Made by a program: the position numbers and the translations under genes. This document shows, piece after piece, positions 61,890-64,000 of a stretch of DNA of 64,000 nucleotides. How positions within the stretch are numbered: the first letter of the stretch is position 1; each line of letters begins with the position of its first letter. Origin of the DNA: Octopus vulgaris (taxonomy: Eukaryota); assembly GCA_951406725.2 (NCBI GenBank), contig OX597830.1, positions 65,472,001 through 65,536,000 of the forward strand, written 5' to 3'. Below the pieces are notes generated by a model. The model saw only the letters and a program-made list of their open reading frames with translations. It was not told the DNA's origin and made no database searches.

Positions 61890-62345
61890 GCCTTCCTTTC
61901 TCTCTCTCCTCTGCTTTCCTTTCTCTCTCTCCTCTGCCATCCTCTCTTTCTCTCTCTTCTGCCTTTCTCACTCTCTTCTGCCTTCCTCTCTCCCCTGCCT
62001 TTCTCTCTCTGTCTCTCTCTTCTGCCTTTTCTCTTTCTCTCTCTATCTTCTGCCTTCTCTCTCTCTCTCTCTCTCCTGCCTTCCTTTCTCTCTCTCCTCT
62101 GCCTTCTTCTCTCTCTCTCTCCTGCCTTTGTCTCTCTCTCTCTTTCTCATTCTCTTTCTCACTTCCATTTCTCTTTCTTTGCTTTTTTTCTGTTATTCCC
62201 TCTCTTTCCTTTTCTCTTTTCTCCCTTTCTCTGACTTTTTCCCTTCTTACACCCCTCCTTTCTCCTCTCCTTTTTCCTACCCATCTCTACTCCTTATCTA
62301 CCCTTCTCATATTTCTATCTACCTCCCTCCCCCCTCCCCCACCTT
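61480..62345. repeat. Long polypyrimidine tract with recurring ctgcctt units
   Basis: Directly visible. Confidence 0.95.
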
Positions 62346-62664
62346 GCCCTGACAAAACATTTAATGACTTTGGTGACATTACATAATTACCAAAACACTA
62401 ATAATTGACTTACTCCCACTACCCCCCTCCAGCAATGCTATTTGAACCTGAACTATCTCTCCTCGTTCCTCGCCAGCAATCAAACAACTCGTTATTTCAA
62501 CTGTTTATTTATTTATTTCATTATTTATTTGTTTATTTATCCTTATTGGATCTTTTTTATTTTATCTTTTTATCTATTATTTCATCTCATTTATTTTATT
62601 TCATTAATCTGTTCATTTTATTTCTAAATTTCATGTATTTTCATTTCATCTATATTCAGTGTCG

Positions 62665-62696
<32 letters not shown>

Positions 62697-62747
62697 TTCA
62701 TCATCATCATCATCATCATCATCATCTTCATCATCATCATCATCATC

Positions 62748-62783
<36 letters not shown>

Positions 62784-62986
62784 GTCACCTTCATCATCAC
62801 CATCATCATCATCATCCTCATCATCATTATCATCATCATCATCTTCATCACCATCATCATCATCATCCTCACCATTATCATCATCATCATCATCATCATC
62901 ACCATCATCATCATCATCGCCACCATCATCATCATCATCATCATCATTATCACCATCATCATCATCATCATTATCACCATCATCAC

Positions 62987-63058
<72 letters not shown>
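62665..63058. repeat. (CAT)n trinucleotide array, ~390 bp, at the tail of a repeat-C variant
   Basis: Directly visible; followed by ttttaatgtccagttattcatgct. Confidence 0.97.
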
Positions 63059-63402
63059 TGTTGTTTTAATGTCCAGTTATTCATGCTCACATGAGTTGAA
63101 TGGAATTTTTGCTGAGGCTGATTTTTCCACTGCCAGAGGCCCTTCCTGTTGCCAAAGACCTAACCCTAATTTGCTTCCAAGTGAGGTAATGTTTTCTTAT
63201 GTCCAGACATGTCTTTAAGGAAGATTGATAATAAAAGACATCACTTGCATCATTATGCTGATGATGATGATGATGACACTTGTTTAATTCTATCATGTGA
63301 TATCAAATGATGGCAAGGAAACAGTAACACACACACACACATATATAATTATATGTATACATGTGTGTATGCTTGTATGTATGTGTGTGTATATATATAC
63401 AT

Positions 63403-63439
<37 letters not shown>

Positions 63440-63440
<1 letters not shown>

Positions 63441-63716
63441 CATCATTGTCATCATCATCATCATCATCATCGTTTAATATCTGTTTTCCATGCTGGTATG
63501 GGTTGGACGGTTTGACTGAGGAGACTGGCAAGCCAGTAGGCTGCACCAGGCTCCAATCTGATCTGGCAAGGTTTCTACAACTGGATGCCCTTCCTAATGC
63601 CAACCACTCTGAGGGTGTAGTGGGTGCTTTTTACATGCCATCAGCATGGCAGCCAGTCAGGTGGCACTGGCATCAGCCATGTTCAGATGGTACTTTTTAT
63701 GTGCCACCGGCACATA
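63440..63716 (-). mobile_element. Repeat C, two units
   Basis: (CAT)n end plus conserved body. Confidence 0.88.
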
Positions 63717-63990
63717 AATATATATATATATATATATATGTATACATATATATATATATACATACATACATTTATATATACATATACAGAAAAGAGTAAG
63801 ACACAGAAAGTACAGCACACAGTGTGACTGAACCTGGAACCATGTGGTTAGAAGGCAAACTTCTTACCACACAACCACATTTCTTCCTTTTTCTCTCAGT
63901 TTACCTTTTTCACTCCATTTCTCTTTTCCATTTATTTATCTCACTTAAGAATTCACTTCATCGATTCTTATATTTCTTCTGTTTATCCAG

Positions 63991-64000
63991 GAACGTTCTC
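63991..64000 (+). CDS. fry: First 10 nt of the next fry exon (E-R-S-L...), cut by the window edge
   Basis: Strong acceptor followed by GAA CGT TCT C. FRY orthologues continue AEPL|EKPLSKSLQRGED, so E-R-S-L fits in phase. Only 10 nt are visible. Confidence 0.7.

Larger units (their letters stand above)
55876..63990 (+). other. fry: fry intron (8115 bp, GT-AG)
   Basis: Starts with GTAAAG and ends ttcttatatttcttctgtttatcCAG; phase 0 at both ends. Confidence 0.75.

Noticed and set aside
61395-63094. Leu/Ser/Phe-rich and poly-His/Ser/Met ORFs
   Set aside because: Produced by the polypyrimidine tract and (CAT)n inside the fry intron

Overview
AT-rich eukaryotic genomic DNA. It is almost certainly from an octopus or other coleoid cephalopod, judged from the extreme (TA)n/(CA)n/(CAT)n/(TAA)n load and the SINE families present. 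Nearly all listed ORFs are microsatellite or SINE artefacts. The only host protein-coding signal is the 5' part of a furry (FRY/FRYL) gene on the + strand: an exon at 55683-55875 (...VTPGEYVVQTLFLEFCSVTDRKIEQVLAEPL), an 8.1-kb GT-AG intron, and the first 10 nt of the next exon at 63991-64000. The rest is a dense, nested set of decayed transposons. These include tRNA-headed SINEs (my labels A, B, D, E), a head-less (GAT)n-tailed retroposon with tandem 63-67 bp units (label C), LINE fragments (CR1, RTE including a BovB-like piece, R4/Dong, probable Tx1), two decayed mariners, hAT/piggyBac/Merlin-like MITEs, a fold-back element and a Helitron-like element. Observations most worth following up: (i) tandem H-type-pseudoknot-like units in repeat C; (ii) several hammerhead-ribozyme-like cores; (iii) head/tail module shuffling among SINEs; (iv) recurrent local templated insertions and fold-backs; (v) Dong elements targeting (TAA)n. 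Family labels are my own. All alignments and folds were done by eye, and boundaries of degenerate repeats are approximate.
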